DNA from: the human T2T-CHM13v2.0 reference genome, Homo sapiens
Direction: 5' to 3' (one strand)
DNA length: 64,000 bases
Assembly (NCBI RefSeq): GCF_009914755.1
Contig: NC_060925.1
The translations under genes and the position numbers were made by a program. Of this stretch, positions 1-15,059 are shown piece after piece (positions within the stretch are counted from its first letter, which is position 1; each line of letters opens with the position of its first letter). Under the pieces are notes generated by a model. The model did no database searches. It was given only the letters and a program-made list of their open reading frames with translations, and was not told the DNA's origin.

Positions 1-229
1 CGAGCAATGGAGTTACATGCACTGTGTTTTTAATATTTATAATTTCTCAGTTTTACTTAGTATTAATGCACTTACACTTCTGCTTTTAGAATTGTCTTAT
101 CCCAGGTGATTGTTTTGCTCATAGCTCATCTCAGAGTATACAGCTTACTCTATCACAATTTTCACACATATTTTTGATGACAAACATCAATACATATTTC
201 TTGTGTATAATCACAGTTCATGAAGATTT

Positions 230-390
230 CACTTATTTTTCTCATTTGATACCTTCAATGGCTCCAAAAGATGATCTGAGAAGTATTATTTGAACACATT
301 TACAGGAGAGGAAATAGTATCAATGATTTGCTTAAGTTCACATCACTAACAAACGATGGAAATCACACTAGAATCCTGAATTTCTTTATT
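230..390 (-). mobile_element. MIR SINE fragment
   Basis: Degenerate antisense MIR core (ctcatttgat...cattttacaggagaggaaa-like...gatttgcttaagttcaca...ctagaatcctg). Confidence 0.5.
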
Positions 391-1384
391 CAAAATACAT
401 GTCACAGACTTAGAATGGCCAAAATGCCAGTACTAGAAAAAACATTCCCATTGGAGATTTCTTTGTCTTTGATATTGTAATGTTAAAGAACATTCTCTCT
501 CTCTCTCTCTGTCTGTCTCATTAGCCTTAAGATGAGAATGATTCCTAGTGTGATAGTTAAAAGATGCACACTAAAGTAATGTATTTATAATATTCTTTTT
601 CTACAAATAAGCACAACTTACTGTTTAGATTGTCTTGTTTACATTTAATCTTTAATCACCAAAGAGTCTTAAAATTTTTAAAAAGCGTTTTCTATCAGTA
701 TAGAAAATGTGGCCAGATATCAGCAATCCCACATAGGAGCAGGCGGAAATAACTACTCCAGATCCATGCTCTAGAACGTATACAAAGGTACCACATTACA
801 AGCAGCACGGCCTTGGAAAATGCAAGGAAACAGAGGCTCCTCAGGACAATCCAATCCATCTCCATTTTGAGTGCAATACGGTCCTAGGAATTTAAGTGGG
901 TAGAATTATCTCTTTACTTCTTTCTGTTCTGTTTTCCTATGTGCTCTCACTTTCATTGAGAAATTAATGAGGGGAAAAAATAACCCAGAGGAAACATTCT
1001 GCCTTATCAACGGAGTTCAGTGCAAATAGTCAAAGCATACTGGATATAATAATATTGCAGCTTAATTAAAAGGCTTTTAAAGCAAACCTTAAAATTATCC
1101 ACATCAAGTAGTGACATTGGCTCTGGTCAGAGCCAGTGCTCTTAGAAAGCTTTTATCCAGAAAGAGATTTGTTTCTGTAAAATGAACAGAGTGGTTGTTA
1201 TTGCTCTTTCTTTGTTGGCAGACTGAGAATCTCCCCTAGGTAAAAATGTGTAAGACCCTTAGTGTACCACCTCTAGGGCAGTTACTATAGAATCTCAGAG
1301 GTCTTTCTTTATCTGTCTTTATATTTTTTGTTTGTTAATAGAACAGTGAAAACATACATGAGGCCATATAGCATTTATTTCTAA

Positions 1385-1582
1385 TCTGTACTCAAATCCT
1401 AACTTCTCTCCTTTCTAGTTGTAAATTTTGAGCTACTTGTTTAACTTCCCTCAGTTTCAGTTTATTCATCTCTGAAATGGCAAAAGTATATCTAGGTCAC
1501 AGGCATGTGGTGAGTATTCCATGAGACTATTAATGTAAAGTACTTATCAGTTTAGAGTACTTTAGGTGTTGTTATTATTATC
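1385..1582 (+). mobile_element. MIR SINE
   Basis: ctcaaatcct...ttaacttccctcagtttcagtttattcatctctgaaatgg...gtgagtatt...aatgtaaagtactta...ttattatta follows the MIR core and tail. Confidence 0.7.
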
Positions 1583-2533
1583 ATTTGTCTTACTAATACC
1601 AATTTCATTGTTATTCTGTGATCCTGTGACGTTTTGGAGATCCAGCATACAGCCTTAAAGGCGAGTCTTCACTTAGATTGCAGCTAAGGACCATTGCCAT
1701 TGGCTGGTCACGACTATATGCTGGCACATGTCCCCAGAATTCTACCTCAAGTCCCAGAGGATGCTAACTATGAAACAAATTCCCAACAGATCAACAAAGA
1801 GTTCTTTACTTTTTAAATTCACTGGTACAATGGGCTCCATGAAAAGACAGTGACTTGCACTTTGATTCTTTATTTCTTAAGTCAGCTAAAAAATTCTAGG
1901 TTGTGCAAAGACTGAAAAGATACCTATTTATATTTATTTCATTATTATCTCCACCACCCCCAAGCCATCAAGTGAAGGCAGAGGGGAAAGTTGTCTGCAA
2001 ATCAATATGATATATAAAGGAGTGGTCCTTCAGTCCTTACTGTGTCCTGGACAGCACACTTCCTGCTCTTTGAGGCCAGTCCAGCCAAGGGAGAGGTAGA
2101 AAAAATGCTGTGATTGACATGAGACTATACAGTGGGCTGTCTCTGAATCCTGACAAGTTGAATCACTGCTGGAAAAAGGGCACTTATTGAATTTACAGAG
2201 CTCTGTAATTAGTTGCAAAGCTAAATTTGCAGCACCAGCAAGCATATCTCAATCCTTACCTGATCCTTATATCGCCAGCTGTAGTTAAGGTTGAGTAAGC
2301 TGGCCTTCATGTTGGCACATTACAGAAGGGGAAATATTCTAAGAAACAATATTAGCAGGAAAAAAATGTAGATTTTAAAATAATAAGTAGCTCAACATTT
2401 TTCTGATCAAATTTATAAAAATAACTATACACATACATATGCCCCCTTTCCCACCTTTTCTTCCTTCATTGGTTCTTCTTTCTTTCATTTAAAGATAGAG
2501 AGAAGACAGTAAAAGTCATTCCATTGGATCCAG

Positions 2534-2678
2534 TGGGATTTGGTGGGGAACTGAATTCCCATTGGGATTCGGTGGGGAACTGAATTCCCATTGGGATTCA
2601 GTGGGGAACTGAATTCTCAGTAGGATTTGGTGGGGAACTGAATTCCCATTCCATGGGATTCGGTGAAGAACTGAATTC
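2534..2678. repeat. 29-bp minisatellite, ~5 copies (TGGGATTYRGTGGGGAACTGAATTCCCAT)
   Basis: Units start at 2534, 2563, 2592, 2621 and 2654 (last partial, preceded by a 4-bp tcca insert). Confidence 0.95.
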
Positions 2679-3469
2679 AGGCTCTGGGTTGAGGATTGGC
2701 TGAGCACAGCACAGGCTGCCTTTCAGCCCCACCGCCCTCATTGGCAAGCAATTGCTGATCAAGGCTTAACTTACACAATTGTACATGACAATAGGAAAGA
2801 ATTATTGGGGATGAGAACTGCAGTTATTAGAGAAGAGCAGAATTAACATGACTAATACAATTGGGAAATTATTAAAGGCTGACTAGATGCTTCTCCATGT
2901 GGTTCTACTGGATAATCTTTCTGTCAGTTTAGCGAAGAACAAGAGCACAATGGGCAATTATCAAGTTTCATAGCAGATCTCAGGTGGGATTGGGTGGGAT
3001 TAAGTTTAAAAAGATGTTATGCAATATGAGGAAGCTATGCAACAGGGACCAGTAAACAGTGTATGGTTGTCAAGAGCCACCATAGTAATGGGAGTGCAGA
3101 TCTCCTCCAAATTCTTTATATTATACACATTGGTATAAACATGTCAGTCTTTTCTAAAATGCATGTTGTTGGCAGCTAAGAGAAATGAGAAAACAGGTGA
3201 TTCATCAAAAGACTTGCCTAACTATAACATAATTCAATTAAAGAAGTAGAGGCTATCATAGTTAAAAAATGTAAATTGTAATTCCTGATCTCCTTGGCAA
3301 TATACTTTAAATAATCCAGAATATATGTTCCCTTGTGATATTTCAGTTCTGTATACCAGAAGTTTATGATGCAATATAATAGTCTCATAATTAAAAGGCC
3401 CATTTTGCTTTTAAAACTTATAAAGCAAATTAGAACTGATCATGTGTTAATAAATGAACTCATTTATGC

Positions 3470-3566
3470 ATATTGTGCTTTGTTCACTGTTGTTTGCCCA
3501 GAGCCTGGGACAGTTCCTGACATATATAATGGGCATGTTATAAATATTTTTCAATGAATCAATGAA
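3470..3566 (+). mobile_element. L2 LINE 3' end
   Basis: tgttcactgttgtttgcccagagcctgggacagttcctgacatat...ataaatatttttcaatgaatcaatgaa resembles the L2 terminus. Confidence 0.7.
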
Positions 3567-3589
3567 ATTTAATAAATCAATTTTATGTA

Positions 3590-3770
3590 CTTAGCCCATT
3601 TGATCCTGCAGAACATGTATTAGAAACCCTGCTTGATATATATGGAAACATAGGCTAGAAAGTTTAGAAAGAAAAGTTCATTTATTGTTGCACAAAATTT
3701 CATTGAGTGAAAATTGGATCTCAAACATGAAGACTACTGGATTCCAGTCTATGGCTTTCTAACATATACT
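3590..3770 (-). mobile_element. MIR fragment
   Basis: Weak antisense core (atggaaacataggctagaaag...ggatctcaaac...gattccagtc). Confidence 0.4.
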
Positions 3771-4029
3771 TACTCTCTCATTTGTAACAGTAGGCTATTA
3801 CCTTCTAACTTCCTAATTCTCTCTAACTAAAAGTTGCTTCCTGTGTCATAGATTTTCAGATGTTATTAGTAATGGCCCAAGGTATCTTTATCACAGATTA
3901 AATAACAGAAAACAAGTATTTGAGTAGCAGGTTAAACATGAAAATATTTAAGTATAGGTTGTTAGCACCCAGAGTTTGGATCTTTTGGACCATATTATAT
4001 TACCTTCTGAATAATAGGAGGCCTGTGTT

Positions 4030-4435
4030 TTGGTGATAATAAGTAAAAAGGAAATTTAGTTTTTTAGAACATATCCAGACATGGCTTTGTTAACTGTGGT
4101 GGAATGGGTTGATTATTTCAACGCTTCACATCTTCAAGGACTCACACTGTTTTTATTGCTCTCCACCCTGCCGTCCTAGGAGGACTCTTCTCACCCTGCT
4201 ACAGGCAGAGCATTGTTGCAGCATAACCGTGTACTACATTAATGTCACAAAAGTGACCACCGATAGACTGTTCTTTACTCTGTGTCTCTTTCCAAGAACA
4301 AAGAAACTTTTCCCTAAAGACCCTAAGCAAACTTCTTTTAATAGCTTTTTGCCATAATTATGTCATATAAATCAATCAATGGCAAGGAGAATGGAATTAT
4401 CATGATTGACCATCATAATCAGTATTTACTCCCAA
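4030..4435 (-). mobile_element. Old MaLR LTR (MLT1K/L-like)
   Basis: gaaacttttccctaaagaccctaagcaaacttc...aatcaatggcaaggagaatggaattatcatgattg is typical of antisense old MLT1. Confidence 0.5.
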
Positions 4436-5276
4436 GGAACACTAAATGAGACAATATAGGCAGCTTCCTTAGCACCGTCCCTTAGCACAAGATGTCGGCA
4501 TTCAGTAAATGTGAAGGATTTTCTCCATTAGTCAAGAAATAGGCATATTCTGTGGAATTATGAAGGCAACCACCAAAAGAAATAACACTGGGCCAGATAA
4601 AATACAGTTTCTCCTGTAAACTGTGTCTGTATTAAAAGAGAAAGGGAAGATCATATTTTCTTTTTAATATGTTTTTAATTATATGGTTGAAATTGCTTTG
4701 CTATGTGTACTTATTAATTTTTATCATGCTTACCCCTTTATATTAGTGCATTACAGTATTCAGGTAAATATCAGAACCCATTTATTAAACTTGGATTATT
4801 GTATTGCTGAGCCCTCTATGTTTGCCATAGTCAAAGATCCTGCCATCATTTATGTAATCACATTTATCAAGCACCTATGATGGACCAAGCATAAGGAGAG
4901 ACTCATAACTTCTCAAGGGGCCTCTCATTATACTGTAGTGCCCAGAAAGCGTAGTTCTCTAATAAACATCTACTAATATTAATGGAGAAAAATGGGAATT
5001 TTTAGTTTTATTACAGCGTTACAACCCTACTTTTTAAAAGATTGATGTTTATGAAACAATCTGCTAGAATAAATAATACGGAGGACTCAACTTTTCCTAT
5101 ACATTTGTCAGTTTGGTCTTCTTTTTTATGGCAAGATAAATTATGTGATTTGCTAAGACAATGAAAGAATTAATTTCCACAATTATCTTCTCAATAATAG
5201 AAATACTCTTAAAAATTTATTAAACATATCTTTTATCTTTATATATGTATAAACGGTCTCAACTTCTTCTATTTTA

Positions 5277-6022
<746 letters not shown>

Positions 6023-8169
6023 CTAATTTTTTGAGGTAGTCCTTAAACACCAAGTGCATTAAAAATCTACTAAAAGGCCATATTGGTACCATATGCCCTA
6101 GTTCTTGATTTGCTGCCTCATTTGGGGGAAAGGCTGCCCCATTTGGGGGAAAGAAGGAGAAAGATGAAGAATAGGAATAGGAGAAATATGGTGAAAGGAT
6201 AAATGTTTTCTGTTATTAATACTTCCTGGACACGTTGTTAATTTTGGAGACTAGTTTGAAATAGGTGAAACTTTCTTTTTGATTTGATATATTCCCTTTC
6301 CATGAAGCCTCACAGGGTAAGTCTTCAGGTTGGCAGCATTGAGATTCTCTAAAAGAATAAAGATTTTCAGAGTGATTCCATAACAATAGTGGAAACATTC
6401 GGGAGTAATAAAATAGTGAAACAAAAATAGTGTTTGTTTGTTATTTGCTTGTACTTATTTCTAACTTGAGAATTGCTTTTATTTGGTATATTTTAAAACT
6501 GGAGACTAAATTTACAAAGTGTGCATAATGTGTATTTGTATGTGTTCTTTTGAAAGTATGTCAAGGCTCTTGTAAGAATGGAAGACTCAAGTCATTTCTA
6601 CCAATATAGGTTATAATAAAGCTATTTAGAATTTGCTTAAATGGAGAATGTGTACTCACTCAGTTAGGTATTCCGCTATCCTTATAAAAATTTCATGTAG
6701 GAGTTTTTCCTCAATTAATCTGCCAGCACACAAGGCAAAAAAGCATATAACTTACAAATTGAATGAAGAGAAGAATCTCATGCAAAATGAGAATAGAAAT
6801 AGCAAAGCTGCATCGTACCCTTTACATATGGGCTAAATGCTTTCCTGAAATGTCTGGAAAGCGAATTTCTGCATTATTGAACCTATTACCTCTCATTGTA
6901 TTTACTGGACTGAATATCCATTTTGCCAGGGGTGGAAAAAGAGCCATAAAGAAAACTAAATTCCTTGGGTCCACCCCGATCTACTTTTGAATTCCCCTTC
7001 CTCTTCTTTCCCAAATGGAGACCCTGGGGGTAATGCTCTTCGAGGAGACTGCAGACTGTTCCCAGGAAAACTTCTGTAAATCTCCAGACTAATTAGGATG
7101 GAGATTATTTCTTGTCCTGATCCTATCTTTTTCTTCCTCACCCTCAACCAGGTCCCTGTCTGTTGTCTTTCCAGAGATGAAGACAGGGTCCCTAAAGGGT
7201 ACCCTCCTTTACTTCAAATATTGCCAGTGGTGAGGAGCTAATAATACTCATTTAGCTGGAATTTATCTAGAATTTTCTTATTTAGGGATAAGAATGGGAG
7301 CAAGGCATATTCCCCTAGTGGGTATCTAAGCATATTTCCTCTGTTCCCTCTGAAGTCCATTCGTTTGGCCCTAGGAAACATTCCACAAATACAGGGTTGG
7401 GAGAATGCATGCTTGAAACCATATTCTTGATTTATAAATCCCATAACACAAAATGCTGCACACAGGTCATGAAGCAAAAATCCTACATGGTCACATAAAA
7501 TACTCTGGCTTTATTTATTTAAAGAATTAACCTTTCTCTCATAGGCAGCTGGAATTTCTATCAGTTCTCCCTAACTAAGGTATTTTATATGTAATTGCCA
7601 CATTGCCCCACTCAAATAAGAGACACTATCAATTCACTCTGTTGCCTCCAGTTGTTTCTGTCACAAAAATAGGGCCCTTGGCTGCTTTTGCTTCCTTTTA
7701 ACAAGTATTTGTTAATTTTGATAATTTGCAGAGTTTAAAGAACAGCAGTTCTGTTTGTGTAAATCACAAGATTTAATTAGAGAAGAGGAATCCAAATGGT
7801 GCAAATAAAAGTCTGTGCATAATAAAATATTAATTGCCTTTAAAAATACAATAGTGTTCCAGTATTCTATTACACTCTAGCGGAAAGTGCTGCAAGCAAC
7901 GGAGTGCAGTACCACAGCTCGGCTGTAATCATGGCAGCCATGGAAAACTGTTTGCAACCCTGTAAGGTTGGAGGAGCAACTGCCTTTGTTGCATCGCTGA
8001 TTAGGATATCTTAGGTGTTTTTTCCCTTGGGGTGTGGGACATCCATCATATTCTCATCGTACTTCTCATCCTTGCACTCTTCTGTACCTTTTCCTAGAAA
8101 TTTCTAAAATGTGGAATACTTTAAAGAATTTAAGGTCTTAGGGTTTCTGGTAGAGGGAAAAAGCAAGTT

Positions 8170-8345
8170 AAAAGAAAGGAATTTGTTTTGGCTCTACCAT
8201 TGAGATATTGCATCAGTAATAAGTCCTGTGACCTTCGGTCCACAGCTTCACATAATGAGATCTCTGCCTCTTCACCTGTGGAATATATAAGGGCAAAGTG
8301 CTCAAATCAAAAGGGGTCCCTTTGATTTCTAATCAGTCTAGTATT
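8170..8345 (+). mobile_element. MIR3-like fragment
   Basis: ctgtgaccttcgg...ttcacctgtggaat...ggtccctttgatttctaa. Confidence 0.4.
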
Positions 8346-8521
8346 CTAGTTAGTATTCATTTTCACATTAATCTTTTTTTAGGAGAAGTTACATCTAGAA
8401 TAAAAATTGTGATATATTATTAGGTAATACATTGTGCTTTCCAAATATAGAGTTTATGATAAATACATGTAAGATCAGAAGTAATACCTTGTCATTTTGC
8501 ATTGTGTTCAAAGATATGCTT

Positions 8522-8811
<290 letters not shown>

Positions 8812-9034
8812 TTATGTATTTGATTGTATTCAATAGAAATTATCAAGTAATTCTGTATTAGAGGAATTTATAAAGTTTAATGCCAAACAATTACTGTTAC
8901 TATTGTTATTAGAATTATTGGATTAAATTTTCATAAAAAATAAGCATAAATAAACAAGTTAAAAATTAAAATACATATTAGATCCCTATGTTATAAGTTT
9001 ATTTTAACTTATAATAATTTAATTTTAGAATAAC

Positions 9035-9260
9035 TCATTCACTCATGTATTCATTCATTTATTCAAAAGACAGATATTAAGTGGCACACTCTTTAAAATT
9101 ACTATGCTATTAATGAATCCGGGCAAGGAGCAAAAGAGGCGTTGGCACCAAAATCACAGATCTTTCCATCCAGGGCAGACAGGTATTTCAAGATGTAATT
9201 TTACTAACATTCAATTAGTATGATAATAAGGAGGCTACAGTGTGCTTTAAGAGTACACAT
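9035..9260 (-). mobile_element. L2 3' fragment
   Basis: cattcactcatgtattcattcatttattcaa antisense L2 tail with a degenerate body. Confidence 0.45.
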
Positions 9261-10504
9261 TAAAGGTTTAATATCCTTTAACATCCTAGTTTAAAAATAA
9301 CTAGTAGCCATTGATTAGTAGCAAACACTAAGTATCCCTTTCTAATAAAAAATTTTAGCTTTTACTACATATTTTCTATATTTTTATTGAAAATATCTAG
9401 GAATTTCTACCAAATTTGATTTCTAGAATATACATTGTAGAAATTTTATATAAGTAAGTATCAGTGACAGGATAGTCATTCATGGTGAAGAAAAAATATT
9501 TTAACTCTGCTTCCTACTATTGTTAGCAGAAATCCTATGGCAAATATATATTTATACTAACAATTTGTTTTCTCAACTATATTTGTTCTTTTATAGCTGT
9601 CAAAGAAAATAATACTTGGTGTGAACTAAGCAAATATATCTACCTCCTGTCTCTCTGGAGAATCACTGGAATTAAAGTCTAGAATTAGAAAACAAAATAG
9701 TCAAAACAATAAATAGAATATGAGAGGTGTCACTGTTACAAAAATATTTTAATACATTTCTAGAAGACCATAATTGGATGGGGAAAAGCCTTAGCCTAAA
9801 GTACAATATTGATTGCTGTAGGAAAAGTTGGGGTTATTCCATCTGAAAGAGCTCTGGAAAATTCCTGTGACTCAGAGGCAGCAGATATGAAAGAGGACAA
9901 ACCTGTGCGGTAGAGCTATGGTCCACTGGACTGGTCTCTCACTCCTGCCTACACAGTGAAGATGACATTTACCCAACTAGACCATCTGGGGAAGGGTTAT
10001 GCTTACAGGCTGACCCATAATGACTAGCAATGAATGTTTTCTCACATTGGCATGGTGGTGAGGTCCAGGTTGACCCTGCTCTACCTGTTCTCCTTAAAAT
10101 GAAGCCAACTAACACACCCACAGACCCCACCGCACCCTTCCACTCAGAGTGTCCAGGCAGAATTCCACGCTCAGGGAAGAAACCGACCAGAAGTAAAAGC
10201 AGAGAAATCATACCAGCTATGTGTCCTGTGGAAACCACAGATTACTAACATACGAGGACAGCAAGCTGTGTGGAAGAGAGACACCATATAAACAAAGAAA
10301 AAAAATGCCCCAAAGGAAACGTAATTCACAGCACCAGGCAGCTTTTAGAATTTTTTTTACTTATCTTCTGAGATGTTTAAGAAGTTATCAGGTTCATAAA
10401 ACATGAAAAGTACACAATCAAAGGATCAATCAAAAAACATGAAAAGCTCTTAAGACATCAAAATATGGAATCTGAAATTAAAATAAACCAACAAAACTAG
10501 AAGA

Positions 10505-10760
10505 TAATAATAGCAAAAATTTGTATATACTTACAATATGCCAGATCATGTTTTATGCCCTTTATGTGTGTTATCTTATTTAATTTTCACAACAATGCTG
10601 ATATAGACACACTATTATCCTTTTTTATAAATAAGCCTAAAGCACACAATTGTTAAATTGTTAAAGGGGCACTTATTACCCAGTAAATAAGTGGCAGTAA
10701 TGAGATACAAGCCTTAGTATTCTGCCTCCAAAAACCTAGCAGTTAGGAATTAAACTATAT
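10505..10760 (-). mobile_element. MIR SINE
   Basis: taataatagc...cttacaatatgccaga...atcttatttaattttcacaacaa...taagtggcag...tctgcctccaaa. Confidence 0.75.
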
Positions 10761-10779
10761 TTCCTCCCAAAATACATGA

Positions 10780-11105
10780 ATGATAAAGAAAAAATAAGTT
10801 TAATAAGGTTCCAAAGGGAGAAAGACAAAAAATTATCTACAAAGTAATAAAAATCAGAGAGGCATCAGACATTTTGTCAACCATACTTTATGCCAGATAG
10901 CAATAAGGCTCTTAAATTCTGACATCAAATGATTTTCAATTCAGATTTAATATCAAACCAAGCAGGCCTTTTATAGGATTCAAGGACTGAAACACTTGAC
11001 CTCTTTAATATCTCTTAGGAAGTATCTGGAGTATGTGTGCCATCAAAATGAAGAAGTACAACAAAAAAGAAGGATGCACAAGATAAAAAATAAATCTGGC
11101 CAACC
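10780..11105 (+). mobile_element. Ancient L1 (L1ME-like) ORF1 remnant
   Basis: aaaatcagagaggcatcagac...aaattctga...aatgattttcaattcagattt...aaccaagc matches the L1M ORF1 C-terminal region. Confidence 0.6.
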
Positions 11106-11172
11106 ACAGGAAAAAGAGAAAGACAGAGAAAGAGGAAGAAAGAGAGGAAGGGAGGAAAGAAGGAAAGGTGGA

Positions 11173-11961
11173 CATTACTGTATGCTGTTGTAGACTTTAT
11201 AAACACTGTACACTTAGGATGTACTAAATTTATATTTTTTCTTTCTTCAGTAATAAATTAAACTTAGCTTACTGTAACATTTTTTACTTTATAAACTTTA
11301 TTAACTTTTTTGACTCTTTCATAATATCACAGCTTAAAGCACACACATTGTACAGCTATACAAAATATTTTCTTTCTTTATATCCTTATTTTATAAGCTT
11401 TTTTTCTGCTTTAAACTTTTTTGTTAAAAACTGAAACACAAACGTAATCATTAGCCTAGGCCTACACAGGGTCAAGATCATTGATATCACTGTCTTCCAT
11501 CTCCACATCTTGTCCCACTGGATGGTGTTCAGGAGCAATAAAGCACATCGAGCTGTCATTTCCTATGATAAGAAGGCCTTCTTCTGGAATACTTCCTGAA
11601 GGACCTGCCTGAGGCTGTTTTACAGTTGTTTTTCTTGTGAAGTAGAAGAAGTACACTCAGATACAATGACAAAAATGTATTGCATAGTAAGTATATAAAT
11701 CAGTCACATAATAATTTATTATCATTATTAAGTATTACGTACTGTACATAATTGTATATGCTATACCTTTAACAGCTGTCAATGCAATGGGTTTGTTTAC
11801 ACCAGCATCACCACAAATGTGCGTGTAAGGCGTTGCGCTGCAACATTACAGTGACTAGGATGTCACTAGTTAATCGAACTTTTCAGCTCCATCATAATCT
11901 ATAGGACCACCATTGTGTATGTAGTTTGTCATTGACTCAAATGTTACATGGTGAATGACTG
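11173..11961 (-). mobile_element. Tigger3b (Golem/MER7B) DNA transposon, one end truncated
   Basis: Terminal ...ggaccaccattgtgtat...atgactg followed by TA; ORF 11462-11656 (KQPQAGPSGSIPEEG...EDSDINDLDPV) is Tigger3-derived. Confidence 0.9.
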
Positions 11962-12109
11962 TACCTGCGGTGCAGTTCTGATGGGAGTGGGAAGCACAAG
12001 GCTTTGGATAGTGATCTCCAGAAAAAAATGACAAATGGAGACAGCAGAAAGCGGAAGCTGCTCTGGCAAAAGTGAAAACATGCTGAAGGTATAAAAATTA
12101 CGAAGTAGA

Positions 12110-12414
<305 letters not shown>

Positions 12415-12913
12415 TTACGAAGTAGAAAACTCTTTAGCAGCTCTCGGAATAACAATGAGTTTGAAATATAAACTAAACTGAATTATGGCATAATTCTGAG
12501 TAATTGAATGAGTATAAGAAAAGAGAATCCACCTGACATTGCTGGTAGAAACATTCTCTTTGGAATAGCCCAAAAGTCATTGAATTGGGCCCACTAAACC
12601 TAGTGTCACTGCTTGGACCAGCACTGAACAATATATGCATGGTCATAGTCAGGTTAATACTGATTCTCAAATTTTAGAGTCAATCGGTATTCATAGAAGA
12701 TTTATTTGTGGTTGCAGTTTAGATTGTAAATATGACCTGCATAGATGGCATACCTTTTAGAATGTAGCTGAGAGGTAAAATAAAAAAGAGGATTAGGAAA
12801 AGTTGAGGAAAATATAGAAGTTCAATTATATTCATCTGACAAAATGAAGAATCAAGAGATAGTTTTGAATGTTATAAACACTAAAAATTGGGGTTTAAAA
12901 GGTAACCAATAGG

Positions 12914-13046
12914 AGATGAAACTGGAGGTCATTGTGTTAAGTGAAATAAACCAGATACAGAAAGACAAATATATTGCATATTCTCATTCATATATGGGAG
13001 CTAAAAAGTAGATCTCATAGAGGTAGAGAATTGCTTGGTAGTTATC
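12914..13046 (+). mobile_element. L1MA-type ORF2 end / 3' UTR fragment
   Basis: actggaggtcattgtgttaagtgaaataaaccagatacagaaagacaaat...gggagctaaaaagtagatctcatagaggtagag. Confidence 0.8.
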
Positions 13047-13049
13047 CTA

Positions 13050-13211
13050 CAATATGGCTTGTATAGCCATGTCATATTATGGGTCATGACACCATAAATT
13101 CGGTCAAATAAGTCATAATTGGGTCAATATGGTAGCTACATACACACAAACACACACACACACACACTCACTCTAAAGGCTAGGTTTCTCTGGAGAACCC
13201 TGACTAATATA
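13050..13211 (+). mobile_element. MLT2 (ERVL) LTR 3' fragment with (CA)n
   Basis: (CA)n followed by gtttctctggagaaccctgactaata, the MLT2 terminus. Confidence 0.6.
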
Positions 13212-13633
13212 GCCTCAGACAAAAGTTTTGATATAATAAAAGTTTCAGTTTAGCACTAAACAGAATACCTATTCACAATAGAATTTAGTAAGAATATTAG
13301 TGGTAGTCTGTGGCAGCTACATATAAGGGAGATCCTACCTTCCCTTTAAATAGCCTTACTTCTCAAACTCATCTGAAATGTTGTAGTGTCTTTTGGCAAT
13401 TTAGTGTATAGATTTTCTCGTTCAATTATTTTTCTGAATTATCCTCTTTCAGAAGCAAATCCCAATTTTGTCTCATTATGAATTGTTACATATTTAACTT
13501 TTTATTTATTCTTAAAATATGCAATATTAAAGATTGCAGCAGGTAAGACACAAAGATAGCTCACAAATGTATACTTTTTAATCGGTTACAGTTTCGGAGT
13601 CATTCTATGCAATTTATTTAGGGAATATAAAGG

Positions 13634-14342
<709 letters not shown>

Positions 14343-15059
14343 AAGGCAAACAAAAATTATAGACAACCAGGATAGATCAATGACTCAGCTTCATCTTTTA
14401 TGTATACATTCATCATCCTAATTCCTTTTCTCATAAAACAAAAGTATTATATCATTTATTTTCTGATGTTCACACTCACTCTGGATTTTTGTTGCTGTTA
14501 ATGTGGTCTGACTTCACTGGTATATCCCCATATGGAAGACAGTTCCTCCTATTATTTAAACAAAAGAAAAGAAAACAGAACAAAACAAAGTACAAAGAAT
14601 GTGAAAAAGTTTTCCTGAGTATAATTGTTTATTAAGATTTGACAAACGAGGATGAAGAGGAGACCAAAAAAAATGTTTTTCCATAGGCCAGGGCAAAATT
14701 CTATTTACATTTCAAGCAGGACATTACCCTACGATGAATCTACTACCCCTTCAATATGTCACCTCTATCTCATTTTGCCAAATCATCTATGTTGTTTTCT
14801 GTCCATCTTTTTTATCTCTTCCCTTTTCTTATAAGAAAAGCTCTGTCCTCATGTTATGCTGCCTGGGCTCTTCTCAGCACCCCCGACCTTAGGGTCTTTG
14901 AGCTTATTCAATTATTTCCCGCTAAAAATGAGTCGCTGTTACAAGCAGAATTGTGGTGCAAACTGTTAAATATAAAATCAAATAGAATTACAAATAATTT
15001 AGTTAATTAAAAATAAATAATTATAATTTAATTGGAACTAATTATGTAGAAATAGATAC

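Noticed and set aside
2534-2678. CRISPR-like array (29-bp partly palindromic repeats)
   Set aside because: Repeats are contiguous with no unique spacers, no cas genes, and the context is primate DNA
6112-6153. 21-bp two-copy tandem duplication (similar small ones near 4466 and 24309)
   Set aside because: Ordinary slippage duplications with no further structure
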